Shown piece after piece: positions 28,683-38,678 of a DNA stretch of 49,793 bases. The notes under the pieces were generated by a model that searched no databases, was not told where the DNA came from, and saw only the letters and a list, made by a program, of their open reading frames with translations. The DNA lies in the IMG/VR virus record IMGVR_UViG_3300028293_000008, positions 1 through 49,793 of that record, one strand, 5' to 3'. Origin of the DNA: a virus. Lineage: Duplodnaviria > Caudoviricetes. Positions within the stretch are counted from its first letter, which is position 1. Every line of letters begins with the position of its first letter. The position numbers were made by a program, and so were the translations under genes.

Positions 28683-29366
28683 GTGAAAAAGGTCGCGCTC
28701 GTCGGATTCGGGCCGTCGCATGTCGATGCGCCGTTCACGGATCCGACGATCGAGATCTGGACGATGAACTACCACCACACCGAGGTGGCGCGGACATCGC
28801 GGATTTTCGAGCTGCATGAATGGGCCAGCGTGGTGAAGGAAGACGGCGGGATCCATCTGGCGCCGCTCGCGGCGCAGACGGTGCCCGTCTACATGCAGGA
28901 GACACATCCGGAGATCCCGGCGTCGATCGCCTATCCGCTCGCGCAGATGACCGAGGCGTTCGCGCTGCCGCACACGCCGAAACCGTATTTCACGTCGACG
29001 GTCAGCTACATGATCGCCCTGGCGATCGTCGAGCGCTTCGACGAGATTCAGCTCTACGGGATCGATCTCGCGCAGGACACCGAGTATGCGATCCAGCGGC
29101 CGTCGTGCGAATTTTTCCTTGGCATCGCCGTCGGCCGCGGCATCCGCGTGGTCCCGCATCCGCAGAGCGATGTCCTGAAAACCGCGTTCCTCTACGGCTA
29201 CGAAGACACGCCGCGCGAGTGGCTACGCGACAAAGCGAAAGCGCGGCGCGCGCATCTGCAGAAAATGCAGCAGCACTACGAAGCCGAAGTGCTGAAGAAC
29301 CGCGACGCGATGCACCAATTTCTCGGCGCCCTGCAGGAGAACGATCACCTGCTGAAAACGCTGTGA
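28683..29366 (+). CDS. MptE/Maf-like (sialyltransferase-fold-like) phage protein
   Basis: KKVALVGFGPS..IWTMN..YFTSTVSYMIALAI..FDEIQLYGIDL..EYAIQR. Confidence 0.6.
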   Translation: MKKVALVGFGPSHVDAPFTDPTIEIWTMNYHHTEVARTSRIFELHEWASVVKEDGGIHLAPLAAQTVPVYMQETHPEIPASIAYPLAQMTEAFALPHTPKPYFTSTVSYMIALAIVERFDEIQLYGIDLAQDTEYAIQRPSCEFFLGIAVGRGIRVVPHPQSDVLKTAFLYGYEDTPREWLRDKAKARRAHLQKMQQHYEAEVLKNRDAMHQFLGALQENDHLLKTL

Positions 29367-29373
29367 GCTGATC

Positions 29374-29766
29374 ATGGATGGCTATCGTCGCTATCAGGAC
29401 TTCTACGCGTCGGCAATTGCGAACCTGACCGCGTCGACGTCGGCGAGCAGCTCGACGACCGGCGGCGGCCTGCTGCCGGCGAAGACGAATCACACGCTGT
29501 TCGTCCAGCGGATCAGCGGCTCGATCACCGGCGATGATGCGTCGACGTTGACGTTCGTCGATTCATCGACGGGCGGCGCCGCGAAGACGGTCGCGAAGAC
29601 GAAGGCGAGCCCCGGCCTCGGCGCCCTGGTGCCGTGGGACTTCGGGCCGGCCGGCGTGCCGCTGACCGAAGGCGCCGGGCTCGACGTCACCGCGTCGGCC
29701 GCAGGCCTCGGCGGCACGTTCCACATCGAGGGCTACTACAAGCTGACGAAAGGTGCGCCGGCCTGA
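29374..29766 (+). CDS. putative structural protein
   Basis: 130 aa, beta-rich. Confidence 0.6.
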   Translation: MDGYRRYQDFYASAIANLTASTSASSSTTGGGLLPAKTNHTLFVQRISGSITGDDASTLTFVDSSTGGAAKTVAKTKASPGLGALVPWDFGPAGVPLTEGAGLDVTASAAGLGGTFHIEGYYKLTKGAPA

Positions 29767-30119
29767 TGAGCACCGTGTGCACGCGCTCGACGACGCTGAC
29801 CTACACGGGCGACGTCACCGCGACGCAGACCGTGGCGGCGGCGCAGAACCTCGCGAGCCCTGGCGTGATCGAGCTGAAGAACCTCGCCAGCGGCGCCAAC
29901 ACGATCACGGTGCCGTCGGGCGGCGCCGTGCCGACCGCCGTGACGATCGTGCCGCCGGCGAACAACGTCGCGACGATCCTGCTCAAAGCGCTGACCGGCG
30001 ACACCGGCGTCGGGCTCCATCCGACGGACCCGACGACGCTCGCGCTCGCCAACACGGTGACGAGTTTCGTCCTGACCGCGGGCGCCGCCATCACCGGCGT
30101 GCGCTTCATCTGGAGCTGA
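29766..30119 (+). CDS. putative structural protein
   Basis: 117 aa, Thr/Val-rich; TGATG-coupled. Confidence 0.6.
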   Translation: MSTVCTRSTTLTYTGDVTATQTVAAAQNLASPGVIELKNLASGANTITVPSGGAVPTAVTIVPPANNVATILLKALTGDTGVGLHPTDPTTLALANTVTSFVLTAGAAITGVRFIWS

Positions 30120-30128
30120 TGCGCCGTT

Positions 30129-30902
30129 GTGCCGACAGCCCTGCGCACCATCGTCAACCGGACCCGCACGACGATCCTCGCGCCGCTCGTCCAGACCGGC
30201 GCTGTCGCCCCTGATACGTTCTGGACGGACGCCGAATTTCTCGCGCACCTGGTCGCCGGGTGCACCGATCTGTGGCGGGCCATCCTCGATCTGCAGCAGG
30301 ATCATTTCGTCCGCATCAATACGACGCTCGTTCTGCCCGCTGGTGCCACGGCACTAGCCGGCGTCCCGCCCGATTGCTTTCGCATCCTGCATCTGCGCCC
30401 GCGCGACCGGACCGATAGCACCGGCCGGGCGATCAGCTTTCGGCGCGCGCGGCTCACCTCGATCGACTTCACCAACGCGCTCGACGCCGCGGCGCTCGAC
30501 GTCTCGAGCGGCGGGCGGATCTTCTACGCGCTGATCAATGCGGGCTCACCCGTCGATACGCCCGAGATTCACGTCGCGCCGTCGATCACCAGCGACCTGC
30601 CGATCCGCCTGGTCTACGTGCCGACCTTGCCGGCGCTGACGCTCGACAGCGTCAACCCGATCCCCGGCGAAAGCGACAACGCGCTGATGGCCTGGTGCGC
30701 GGCCTATGCGTTGGGGAAACAGAATCCAGACGGCACGCTGACGCCCGATCCGACCTGGCTCGGCGTCTACAGCACCGAGAAGGAAAGCATCAAGATCGTC
30801 GTCGAGCCGCGCGATACCTCGTCGCCGTCGATCATCCGCGGCGCGCTCGACGAGATCACCGGGCCGGGCCTGTCGGGCGACGGCACCGGATGGGACTGGT
30901 GA
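30129..30902 (+). CDS. putative head-tail adaptor
   Basis: FWTDAEFL..L...DLW, IRLVYVP..P.L pattern; position ahead of the tail genes. Confidence 0.55.
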   Translation: MPTALRTIVNRTRTTILAPLVQTGAVAPDTFWTDAEFLAHLVAGCTDLWRAILDLQQDHFVRINTTLVLPAGATALAGVPPDCFRILHLRPRDRTDSTGRAISFRRARLTSIDFTNALDAAALDVSSGGRIFYALINAGSPVDTPEIHVAPSITSDLPIRLVYVPTLPALTLDSVNPIPGESDNALMAWCAAYALGKQNPDGTLTPDPTWLGVYSTEKESIKIVVEPRDTSSPSIIRGALDEITGPGLSGDGTGWDW

Positions 30903-30903
30903 C

Positions 30904-31173
30904 GTGCCGCCGATCAAGGTCTACGGGTTCGGCTCGCTCGGCGTCAACACCGACACCGATCCGTTCGCGCTCGACGACCGCGAGCTGCGCAAAGCGCAAA
31001 ATGCGATCTTCGATCGCCTGCGCGGGCACGGCTTGATCAACCGGCCAGGGTTCGGCCCGGTGAATGCGGTCGCCGCGGCCGGGCCGATCATCGGCGGGAT
31101 CGGCGTGCCGCTCGCGAACCTGTCGACGACGGGCACGCGGTTTTTCTGGGTCGGGCGCGGCCCGACGTCGTGA
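30904..31173 (+). CDS. small tail protein (nozzle N-terminal-like)
   Basis: GVNTDTDPFALDDRELRKAQNAIF...LINRPG resembles the N-terminus of podovirus nozzle proteins. Confidence 0.5.
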   Translation: MPPIKVYGFGSLGVNTDTDPFALDDRELRKAQNAIFDRLRGHGLINRPGFGPVNAVAAAGPIIGGIGVPLANLSTTGTRFFWVGRGPTS

Positions 31174-31176
31174 CGC

Positions 31177-31854
31177 ATGTCCACGGCGACGCTGCAGGCG
31201 ATCTGCGTGGGGTTCACCAATTACGGCGGCACCGGGCAGACGCTCGTCGAGATCAATGAAAGCGTCGGTAACGGAAGTCTCGCGCCGACCGGCACCTTCG
31301 ATAGCGATCTCGCCGCGATCGATGGCGTGTCCGTCTCGCTGCCGAGTGGCGGCGGCTCGCTCGACTTCGCCTGGCACAACGTCGGCACGGTCCCCGTCGA
31401 TGCGACGGTCGTCTCGGTCAACGCGACCGTCACCGTCAAGTCGGCGGGCGGGACGATCGCGCAATTGGACTTCAACGTCCTCGGCGATACCGGGTTCGGA
31501 CAGGTGCCGTTCGTCGGCGCCGTCGGCAGCAGCGTCGCGGCCTTCACATCCTTTTCCACCGGCGCGCTGACGACGAATCCGGCGACGTCGGCGGCGTGGA
31601 CGCCCGCCGATCTCTTTCCGGCGACACCGGCCGGCCCCTCGATCAATGGCTTTTTCGAAGTTGGCTGCGACCTCGGCACCGGGCCGGGACACATCGACTG
31701 CGTCACCTTGCTCGTCACCTTCACCGCCGGAAGCTGGTGGTTCAATCCGACCTCGAATCACTACGTGTTCGCGGCCGAGTCGCCCGGCGACCCGTTCGTC
31801 GCCAGTAGTGCGCCGGCGCCGACGATCACCGGCGTGGATCCGCGCTTCACATGA
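31177..31854 (+). CDS. putative tail or receptor-binding protein
   Basis: beta-rich; ends with an IPT first strand APTITGVDP. Confidence 0.55.
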   Translation: MSTATLQAICVGFTNYGGTGQTLVEINESVGNGSLAPTGTFDSDLAAIDGVSVSLPSGGGSLDFAWHNVGTVPVDATVVSVNATVTVKSAGGTIAQLDFNVLGDTGFGQVPFVGAVGSSVAAFTSFSTGALTTNPATSAAWTPADLFPATPAGPSINGFFEVGCDLGTGPGHIDCVTLLVTFTAGSWWFNPTSNHYVFAAESPGDPFVASSAPAPTITGVDPRFT

Positions 31855-34172
31855 CCGTCACGCTCACGGGCTCCGGGTTCGGCGACGGCGCGACCGTCAC
31901 CTTTGGCGGCAGCGCGGCGACCAACGTCGTCGTCGTCGATCAGACGACGATCACGTGCACGCCGCCGGCGCACGCCGATGGGTTCGCGACGGTCGTCGTC
32001 ACCAATCCCGACGGCACGACTGGCACGCTGTCGAACGTCTTCGTCTATACGACGCTGTCGGTCAGTCCGACACACGGGCCGATCGCCGGCGGCACGGCGC
32101 TGACGCTGAACGTCTCGGACGGCGGCGCCGGCGTCGAATGGTTTCCGGGCAGCGGCACGTTTCAGTTTCACGTCTTCATCAATAACGTCGTCGGCACGAC
32201 GGTCGATCTCACCGATCCCGATCTGATCGTCAATGTCGGCACCGGCGACTTCGTCGTCGGCACGCGCGTCAACGCGCATTCGATGACGTGCGTCACGCCG
32301 GTCGAGCCGTGCGGCCCGACCGATGTGATCGTCGTCTCGACGAACCTGTCGGCGCCCAACGTCCTGTTCTACCTGCCGGGGGGCTACACCTATCAGCTCG
32401 CGGCGCCGGACGCGACGAGCATCACGCCGACGAGCGGGCCGGCGGTTGGCGGGACGCACGTCGGCATTGCGGGCACGTTCGCGTGCACGCCCTGCAGTGG
32501 CGGCGGCACGATGGCCGCGACCGTCGGCGGCACGCCGCTGACCTCGGTTGGGTGCTCATCGAGTTTCGTCACCGGCATCACCGGCGCGCACGCGGCCGGC
32601 GCCGTCGACGTCATCGTCACCGGGCCGGACGGGCAGACCGATACGCTCGTCGCCGCCTACACCTACGTCGATGCGCCGGTCGTCACCGCCATCACGCCGG
32701 ACGAAGGACCGTATACCGGCGGGCAGTCGGTGACGATCACCGGCCTGCACTTTGTGAATGGCGCATCGGTCCTCATCGGCGATCTACCGGCGACCGGCGT
32801 CACCGTCGTCAACGCGACGACGATCACCGCGACGACGCCGGCGCATGTGGCGGATGTCGTCGATGTCAGCGTGACGAATCCGGACGGGCAGCGCGGCACG
32901 CTCGAGCGCGGCTATGCCTATTTCGGCTGGTGGGTCTTCGATCCGACGGACGGCGAGCCGTTCACCTTCGATCCGTTCGATGACACGCTGCCGGCCTTTG
33001 ATTGGCCAATCCCGCCGCCGTTCGATCCCGCGAGCTTCACCTGGTGGACGTATGCGCCGACCGCACCGGGGCCAGGGTGGAGCACGGCGAGCCTCACGCC
33101 GCCGTCGACCAACGGCTGGTGGCTGTCGATCGCCGCGTTCGGCGGATCGGTGCTCGTCGTCGCCGACAGTCGGCCGAAGAATCCGCGGACGTGGACGCAG
33201 TTCGCCGGGTTCGCGACTGGGTCGGCCGCCATGCTCGGCGGCTCACCCGGGATCGCCGCGGTCTTCCACAACCGGCTGATCTACGCCTCAAGCGATTACG
33301 TCGGCGGGACGGACTACCCGCCGATCCGGATCTTCGATGGCAGTTTCGATCGCGAGCTGGTGCGCCTGCCGCCGACTGCGGCGAATGCCGTGCCGAAAGC
33401 GGTCGTGTCGCTGCTCGTCGCCAACGGGACGATCTACGTCGCGACCTACGACACGGGCTCATCGTCAGCCGACTGGACGGGCCGCGTCTTCTCGCTCGAG
33501 CTGACGACCGCGACGCTCACGCCGATCGGCGCCGTCTTCCCGACCGGCCATCTGCCGTATGCGCTCGCCTGGCACAACGGCATGCTGTGGTGCGGGACGC
33601 ATCGGCAGTCGTCGGCCGCGGCCGGGAAGATCTACCGCATCCGGCCTGACCTGCCCGATGCGACCTGGACCGAGGATGTCGATCTCGCCTCGGTCAGCAT
33701 GGCCGGCGTCGCGGCGCTGCGATCGTTTCAGGGGCTGCTGTTCGCGGGCACGACCGCCGCGGCCGGCACGTTCGCGAAGATCATCAAGCGTGCGACCGAT
33801 GGCACCTGGAGCACGGCCGACACCGGCAGCGGCGGCACGGCGACGGCGAACAACGGCTTTCTGTCGCTCACCGAATTCAAGGGATCGATTTACGCCGGCT
33901 ATTGGAACAATGACGCGACGAAGATCGCGAAGATCCGCAAGAGCGTGGACGGCACGACGTGGTCGACAGCCTACACCGGGGCGAGTGGCACGCTGCGGCC
34001 GTTCATCATCCTCACCGTCGACGACGGCGAGATCTTCGCGATCGGGGGCGGGCTCAGCCTGTCGGCCGCCATCGTGCGCAGCGGCGACGGCACGACCTGG
34101 ACCGATCTGACCGCCGAGCTGCCGGACACGACGGAAACCGCGGTACCGGCCGCCGGCGTCCTGGTGTTCTGA
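31851..34172 (+). CDS. tail protein with tandem IPT/TIG domains and a C-terminal beta-propeller-like region
   Basis: multiple P..GP..GG..VTI.G IPT repeats; S.DG.TW Asp-box motifs. Confidence 0.75.
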   Translation: MTVTLTGSGFGDGATVTFGGSAATNVVVVDQTTITCTPPAHADGFATVVVTNPDGTTGTLSNVFVYTTLSVSPTHGPIAGGTALTLNVSDGGAGVEWFPGSGTFQFHVFINNVVGTTVDLTDPDLIVNVGTGDFVVGTRVNAHSMTCVTPVEPCGPTDVIVVSTNLSAPNVLFYLPGGYTYQLAAPDATSITPTSGPAVGGTHVGIAGTFACTPCSGGGTMAATVGGTPLTSVGCSSSFVTGITGAHAAGAVDVIVTGPDGQTDTLVAAYTYVDAPVVTAITPDEGPYTGGQSVTITGLHFVNGASVLIGDLPATGVTVVNATTITATTPAHVADVVDVSVTNPDGQRGTLERGYAYFGWWVFDPTDGEPFTFDPFDDTLPAFDWPIPPPFDPASFTWWTYAPTAPGPGWSTASLTPPSTNGWWLSIAAFGGSVLVVADSRPKNPRTWTQFAGFATGSAAMLGGSPGIAAVFHNRLIYASSDYVGGTDYPPIRIFDGSFDRELVRLPPTAANAVPKAVVSLLVANGTIYVATYDTGSSSADWTGRVFSLELTTATLTPIGAVFPTGHLPYALAWHNGMLWCGTHRQSSAAAGKIYRIRPDLPDATWTEDVDLASVSMAGVAALRSFQGLLFAGTTAAAGTFAKIIKRATDGTWSTADTGSGGTATANNGFLSLTEFKGSIYAGYWNNDATKIAKIRKSVDGTTWSTAYTGASGTLRPFIILTVDDGEIFAIGGGLSLSAAIVRSGDGTTWTDLTAELPDTTETAVPAAGVLVF

Positions 34173-34173
34173 C

Positions 34174-35802
34174 ATGGCCTTCACCATCATCCAGGCCGGC
34201 ACGACGCTGCAGTTCGTCGACGAGGCGGGCGCGGTGACGTCGCTCACCCTACCGACGAACATCACGCTGCGGTCGGACGTGCCGCCGCGGTGGTCGGTGT
34301 ATGGCCGCTTCGTCATCCTGGTCAACACGCCGAGTCGGCCGCTGACGATCGATGCGACCGGCACCGTGCGCCCGCTGACGCCCCTGGCGCCGCGGCTCGC
34401 GCCCGTCCTGAGCGGCGTCGCCGGCGGCACGCTCAGCGGCACGTTCCGCGTGCGGAACACGAACATCATCCGCGACGACACCGGCACCATCCTCGCCGAG
34501 AGCGATTACAGTCCGTTTTCGAATGCGGTGACGATCACCAATCAGGCGCTGCAGGCGGCGAACATCGACGTCTCACCCGATGCGGCGACGAGCGCGCGGC
34601 GCCTCTACCGCACGACGACGAACGGCGCGGTCTATCTGCAGTGGATCGATCTCGACGGCAACGTCCTGCGCACCGTGCAGGATGACCTGAGCGATCAAGG
34701 GCTCGGGCTCACCGCCGGCCCGACGCTCGGCACGCCGCCGCGGCTGACGCACATTGCCGAATTCCGCGATCGGTTGTTCGGGGTCGGCGACGTCGACATC
34801 GACAGCGTCGCCTACACCGAGACGGGCCTGCCCTATGCGTGGAACCCGCTGAACACGCTCGTCGTGCCGCGCGTCGGCATGGACACCCGCGGCGTCACCG
34901 CGCTCGTCTCGAGGCGCGAGGCGCTCGGCGTCGGCCGCCTGAATCGGTTGTCGCAGATCGTCGGCACCGGTCAGCAGGACAGCGACGGGCAGAACGATCT
35001 GCGGCTCATCAAACTGAGCGATGAAACCGGATTCCTCTCGCAAGAGGCGACGGTCGTCTACCGCGATGTGGTCTATTTCCTGTGGCACGACGGCGTCTAT
35101 CAGTGGGACGACAACGGCCTGACGTGCCTGTCGGACGGCAGCGGCGGGCATAACCGTGTGCGCTCCTGGTTTGCGACCGATGATTATTTCGATCGGCGGA
35201 AGTTTCCGGTCGCCTTCGCCTCGATCGAGCCGACGCGCAACACCTATCGGCTGTTCCTCGACGATCCCGACGGCGTGCGGCACTATGTCGAATTCGATTT
35301 GATCGATCGCACCTGGTGGGGACCGCACCGTGTCGATGCGTTCACGCCGCGCAGCGCGTTCGTCCGCTCGACCGGCGATGACGTGCAGGCGCCGATGCTC
35401 GGCGCCGCGGACGGCGGCCTCTACGCCGAAACGACGCGCGCGGCTGACGTGCCGCTCAGTGGCGATCCGCGCGGCATCGCCTATGACGTCGACACCCGCG
35501 CCTTCATGGGCACATCGCCGGATCGCTTGCAGTATTTCGGCACCCTCTCGGTGCTCGGGAAGGCGCAGGCCGGCGGCACGCTGACGATCACGCCGCGTGT
35601 CGGCGGGCTCGACGCCGACGGCGGGCTCGCGCTCGCGCCGCAGGATCCGATCGCGCACGATCTCCGCAAAGGCCGCGAGCGCTTGCGGCGGCTCGGCAGC
35701 GGCGCGCTCGCGCAGTTGAACCTGACGCACGACGGGGTCGACGAACCGGTGTCGGTGCTCGCGATCGAGATCAGCGACGTGCACGAAGTGGGGCGCCGGT
35801 GA
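34174..35802 (+). CDS. tail nozzle or DNA-stabilisation protein (P22 gp10-like)
   Basis: RRLYRT, HIAEFRDRLF, VYFLWHDGVYQWD propeller motifs; podovirus gene order. Confidence 0.6.
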   Translation: MAFTIIQAGTTLQFVDEAGAVTSLTLPTNITLRSDVPPRWSVYGRFVILVNTPSRPLTIDATGTVRPLTPLAPRLAPVLSGVAGGTLSGTFRVRNTNIIRDDTGTILAESDYSPFSNAVTITNQALQAANIDVSPDAATSARRLYRTTTNGAVYLQWIDLDGNVLRTVQDDLSDQGLGLTAGPTLGTPPRLTHIAEFRDRLFGVGDVDIDSVAYTETGLPYAWNPLNTLVVPRVGMDTRGVTALVSRREALGVGRLNRLSQIVGTGQQDSDGQNDLRLIKLSDETGFLSQEATVVYRDVVYFLWHDGVYQWDDNGLTCLSDGSGGHNRVRSWFATDDYFDRRKFPVAFASIEPTRNTYRLFLDDPDGVRHYVEFDLIDRTWWGPHRVDAFTPRSAFVRSTGDDVQAPMLGAADGGLYAETTRAADVPLSGDPRGIAYDVDTRAFMGTSPDRLQYFGTLSVLGKAQAGGTLTITPRVGGLDADGGLALAPQDPIAHDLRKGRERLRRLGSGALAQLNLTHDGVDEPVSVLAIEISDVHEVGRR

Positions 35803-37058
35803 AGCCGCAACCGTATCGCGTCGCGTGGCCGCAGCAACCGGGCATCACGCCGGCGGCGAATAGCGCCCTGGGCCATCAGATGTCGAACATCGACGAGATG
35901 TTCGAAATCCTGTTCACCGAGCTGCGTAACCTGCGGCTCGGGATCGCGGGCGCCGAGGCGCACGCGCTCGTCGCCGGTCCCGTCGGCGCGACGGGCCGCG
36001 ACGGCTGCGATGGGCTCGACGGGTTCGGCTGGCCGGGGCCGCCAGGCGCCGTCGGCGCGCGCGGCCTCGCCGGCGTGCCAGGGCTCGACGGCCTCGACGG
36101 GCTCGACGGGATCGATGGGTTCCCCGGTCCGACGGGCGCGACCGGCGCGCGCGGGCTCGCCGGCATACCGGGGCTCGATGGGATCGACGGCGACGACGAC
36201 GCGGCGCGCGGGCCGGCCGGCTGGAACACCGACTCGACGGCTTTTACGGGGCGCCCGACGGCACCGACGGCCGCCGCCGGCACCAACACGACGCAGATCG
36301 CGACGACCGCCTTTGTGACGACGGCCGTGACGCCGGTCGTGCAGACGACGACGTCGACGGGCACGCAGAATGACTTCGCGCTGACGACTGGCGCGACGCT
36401 CCTGCGCTGCAATAATGCGTCACTGCTGACCATCACCGGGATGTCGGCCGGCGTCGATGGGCAGCGCGTGACGATCGAATCAGTCGGCGCCGGCCAGGTG
36501 AACTTCACGCATCAGGACACCGGCAGCAGCGCGGCGAATCGCCAGATCAACTTTGCGACGAGCGCAGCGACGCCGCTCGCGCCGGGCTCGGGCAACGCCG
36601 TCTATCAATACGACGGCACCACGCAGCGCTGGCGGCTCGTCACGCACAATCAGGGCGCGTGGATCAGTCAGGCCTACAGCGGCAGCGACTTCACCGCTGC
36701 GGGGTCGATGACGTGGACCGTCGACAGCGGCGACCTCTCGGTGTTCAAGTATTGGCTGAAGGACACGACGTTGCTCGTCTCGGTCAACATCGGCGTGTCG
36801 ACGCTCGGCGGGACCGCGTCCGCGCAAGTCAACATCAAGGTGCCGGGCGGGTTTTCCTTCGCGACGGGATCGTCGGGCCGCGCATTCGCCACCTATAACG
36901 AGTCGGCATCGGGCACCGCGCCAGGGTTCGGATATTGCGCGTTTAATCCTGCCGTCAGTGCCACCCTCTTGCGCCTGTTCAAGATCGATAGCGCGAATTT
37001 CGTCTTGGGGACCGACTCATTTTCATTGTTCACGACGATGCAGTGTGAAGTCGGCTAG
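35799..37058 (+). CDS. tail fibre with collagen-like repeats
   Basis: G-X-Y repeats (GPPGAVGARGLAGVPGLDG) and FTGRPTAPTAAAGTNTTQIATTAFV tail-fibre repeat. Confidence 0.8.
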   Translation: MKPQPYRVAWPQQPGITPAANSALGHQMSNIDEMFEILFTELRNLRLGIAGAEAHALVAGPVGATGRDGCDGLDGFGWPGPPGAVGARGLAGVPGLDGLDGLDGIDGFPGPTGATGARGLAGIPGLDGIDGDDDAARGPAGWNTDSTAFTGRPTAPTAAAGTNTTQIATTAFVTTAVTPVVQTTTSTGTQNDFALTTGATLLRCNNASLLTITGMSAGVDGQRVTIESVGAGQVNFTHQDTGSSAANRQINFATSAATPLAPGSGNAVYQYDGTTQRWRLVTHNQGAWISQAYSGSDFTAAGSMTWTVDSGDLSVFKYWLKDTTLLVSVNIGVSTLGGTASAQVNIKVPGGFSFATGSSGRAFATYNESASGTAPGFGYCAFNPAVSATLLRLFKIDSANFVLGTDSFSLFTTMQCEVG

Positions 37059-37078
37059 GCTGTGGAAAGGACCGCGCG

Positions 37079-37372
37079 ATGAGTGTAGGCCTGCCTGCCA
37101 CCAAGCAAGAGATCGACAGCCGCGCCGGCGACATCGCGCGCGCCTTTCAACGCACGTTCGCCGATGTCGTGACGCTGCAGTCGTATCTCGCGGCGACGCC
37201 CGACGGCGACCTGGTCGCGCAAGGCTACACCGCGAACGAAGTCGCGGTGCTCAAAACCGCGTTCAATGACCTGACGCAGCTCGGCACCATCTGGACCGGC
37301 AGCGCCGCGCTCGCGCAGGCGAAGGACTTCCGGACGTTTGTGCGGCAACTGTGGGGCGTCGGGGCGTTCTAA
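37079..37372 (+). CDS. hypothetical protein
   Basis: 97 aa; AAGGA SD. Confidence 0.7.
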   Translation: MSVGLPATKQEIDSRAGDIARAFQRTFADVVTLQSYLAATPDGDLVAQGYTANEVAVLKTAFNDLTQLGTIWTGSAALAQAKDFRTFVRQLWGVGAF

Positions 37373-37387
37373 CTGAGAGGTGACGAC

Positions 37388-37714
37388 ATGGCGCGTCTCG
37401 CGAAACGCATGGCCGGTCCGGCGCTCGTGACCAACGCTGCGGCCGACAAATACACGGTCGCCACGGGCCGCCGCGGCATCATCCGGCACGTGCACGTGCA
37501 GAACCCGTCGGGCTCGGCGGTCACGTTCACCATGTCGATCGGCGCCGATGCCGCCGGTGTGCGCCTCTTCGACGCCTACAGTATCGCCGCCAACACGGTG
37601 CTCGATCACTTCTGCTATTACGTGCTCGAGGCCGCCGAGAAAATTCAGGCGCTCGCCGGCACGACCAACGTGCTGACGCTGACGATCGACGGCGACGAAG
37701 AAGTGCTGTCGTAG
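37388..37714 (+). CDS. small beta-sandwich structural protein
   Basis: YTV..GRRGIIRHVHVQN...SIAANT...VLEAAEKIQALA. Confidence 0.7.
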   Translation: MARLAKRMAGPALVTNAAADKYTVATGRRGIIRHVHVQNPSGSAVTFTMSIGADAAGVRLFDAYSIAANTVLDHFCYYVLEAAEKIQALAGTTNVLTLTIDGDEEVLS

Positions 37715-37729
37715 GAAGGACACACCGGT

Positions 37730-38677
37730 ATGGCCAGTGCAGGCATTCTTCGCCAGACGACGCCGACCGCCCCGGCGCCGGCGCCCGCGGGCTATACCCG
37801 CGATCCGAACACCGGCGCGTTCGTCCCGATCGCCGGCGGCGCGGTCGATACCCTGGCACAACGCACGCGGCAGCAGGCGATCGACGACGCGGCCCGGCAG
37901 CGCGCGACCTATCTCACCGATCAGGATCGCGCCGCGCAGGCCGCCGCGGTCACGCGGGCGAACGCCGCCGCGGATGCCGCCGCGAACCGGCAGCGCTACG
38001 AAGACACGCAGCGCGACGCCCTGCGCGGCCGGTTGATCAGCATGCTCGATCGGCCGGAATATCAATCGGTGTCGTCGGGCGCGGGATACGGCGGCGGCCC
38101 CCTGCCGCCAATGGCCGACTTCAGCATGCCGAGTGGCGGCGGCGGCGGCGGCGGCGGCGGCCCCGCGGCGACGCCGGCGCCGCTGCCCTCGATCACGCCG
38201 CCCGACACGTCGGCCGCGCAGGCGAACGCGTTCGCGCGGGCGAAGGATCAGGTCGCCCTGCAGACCGCGAGCAGCCTGGCGTCCCTGCGCAGTGCGCTCG
38301 CCGGCCGCGGCATGCTCGGCGGCGGCGGCGAGGTGCGCGGCACGCAGAACGTGCTGACCGCCGGCCAGGCACAGCTCGGCGACGTCAGTCGCGAGCAGGC
38401 GATTCAGGAAGGGCAGCGGCTCACCGACTTCGCGAAAGCCGGCTACGAAGGCGCCATCACGCAGCGCGGCCAGGACATCACCGCGCGCGGGCAGGACATC
38501 CAGGCGCAGGCGCAGGCGCGCGCCGACACGCTGCACGCCGCCGAAACCGGCTATGAGGGGCAGATTCAACAGCGCGGGCAGAATGTGAGTCTGCAGGCGG
38601 AACGCGAGGCCGGCGCGCGCCAAGCGGCGGCGACGCGCAACGCCAGCGTGACGGCCCTGCTCGGGAGGCTTTACTAA
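37730..38677 (+). CDS. putative DNA ejection or internal virion protein
   Basis: Ala/Gln-rich helical protein with QRGQDITARGQDI repeats. Confidence 0.55.
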   Translation: MASAGILRQTTPTAPAPAPAGYTRDPNTGAFVPIAGGAVDTLAQRTRQQAIDDAARQRATYLTDQDRAAQAAAVTRANAAADAAANRQRYEDTQRDALRGRLISMLDRPEYQSVSSGAGYGGGPLPPMADFSMPSGGGGGGGGGPAATPAPLPSITPPDTSAAQANAFARAKDQVALQTASSLASLRSALAGRGMLGGGGEVRGTQNVLTAGQAQLGDVSREQAIQEGQRLTDFAKAGYEGAITQRGQDITARGQDIQAQAQARADTLHAAETGYEGQIQQRGQNVSLQAEREAGARQAAATRNASVTALLGRLY

Positions 38678-38678
38678 T

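Noticed and set aside
35976-36225. GGGCTCGAC-type tandem repeats
   Set aside because: Explained by collagen-like G-X-Y coding in the tail fibre.
38135-38161. (GGC)n microsatellite
   Set aside because: An in-frame poly-Gly linker; no phase-variation consequence.
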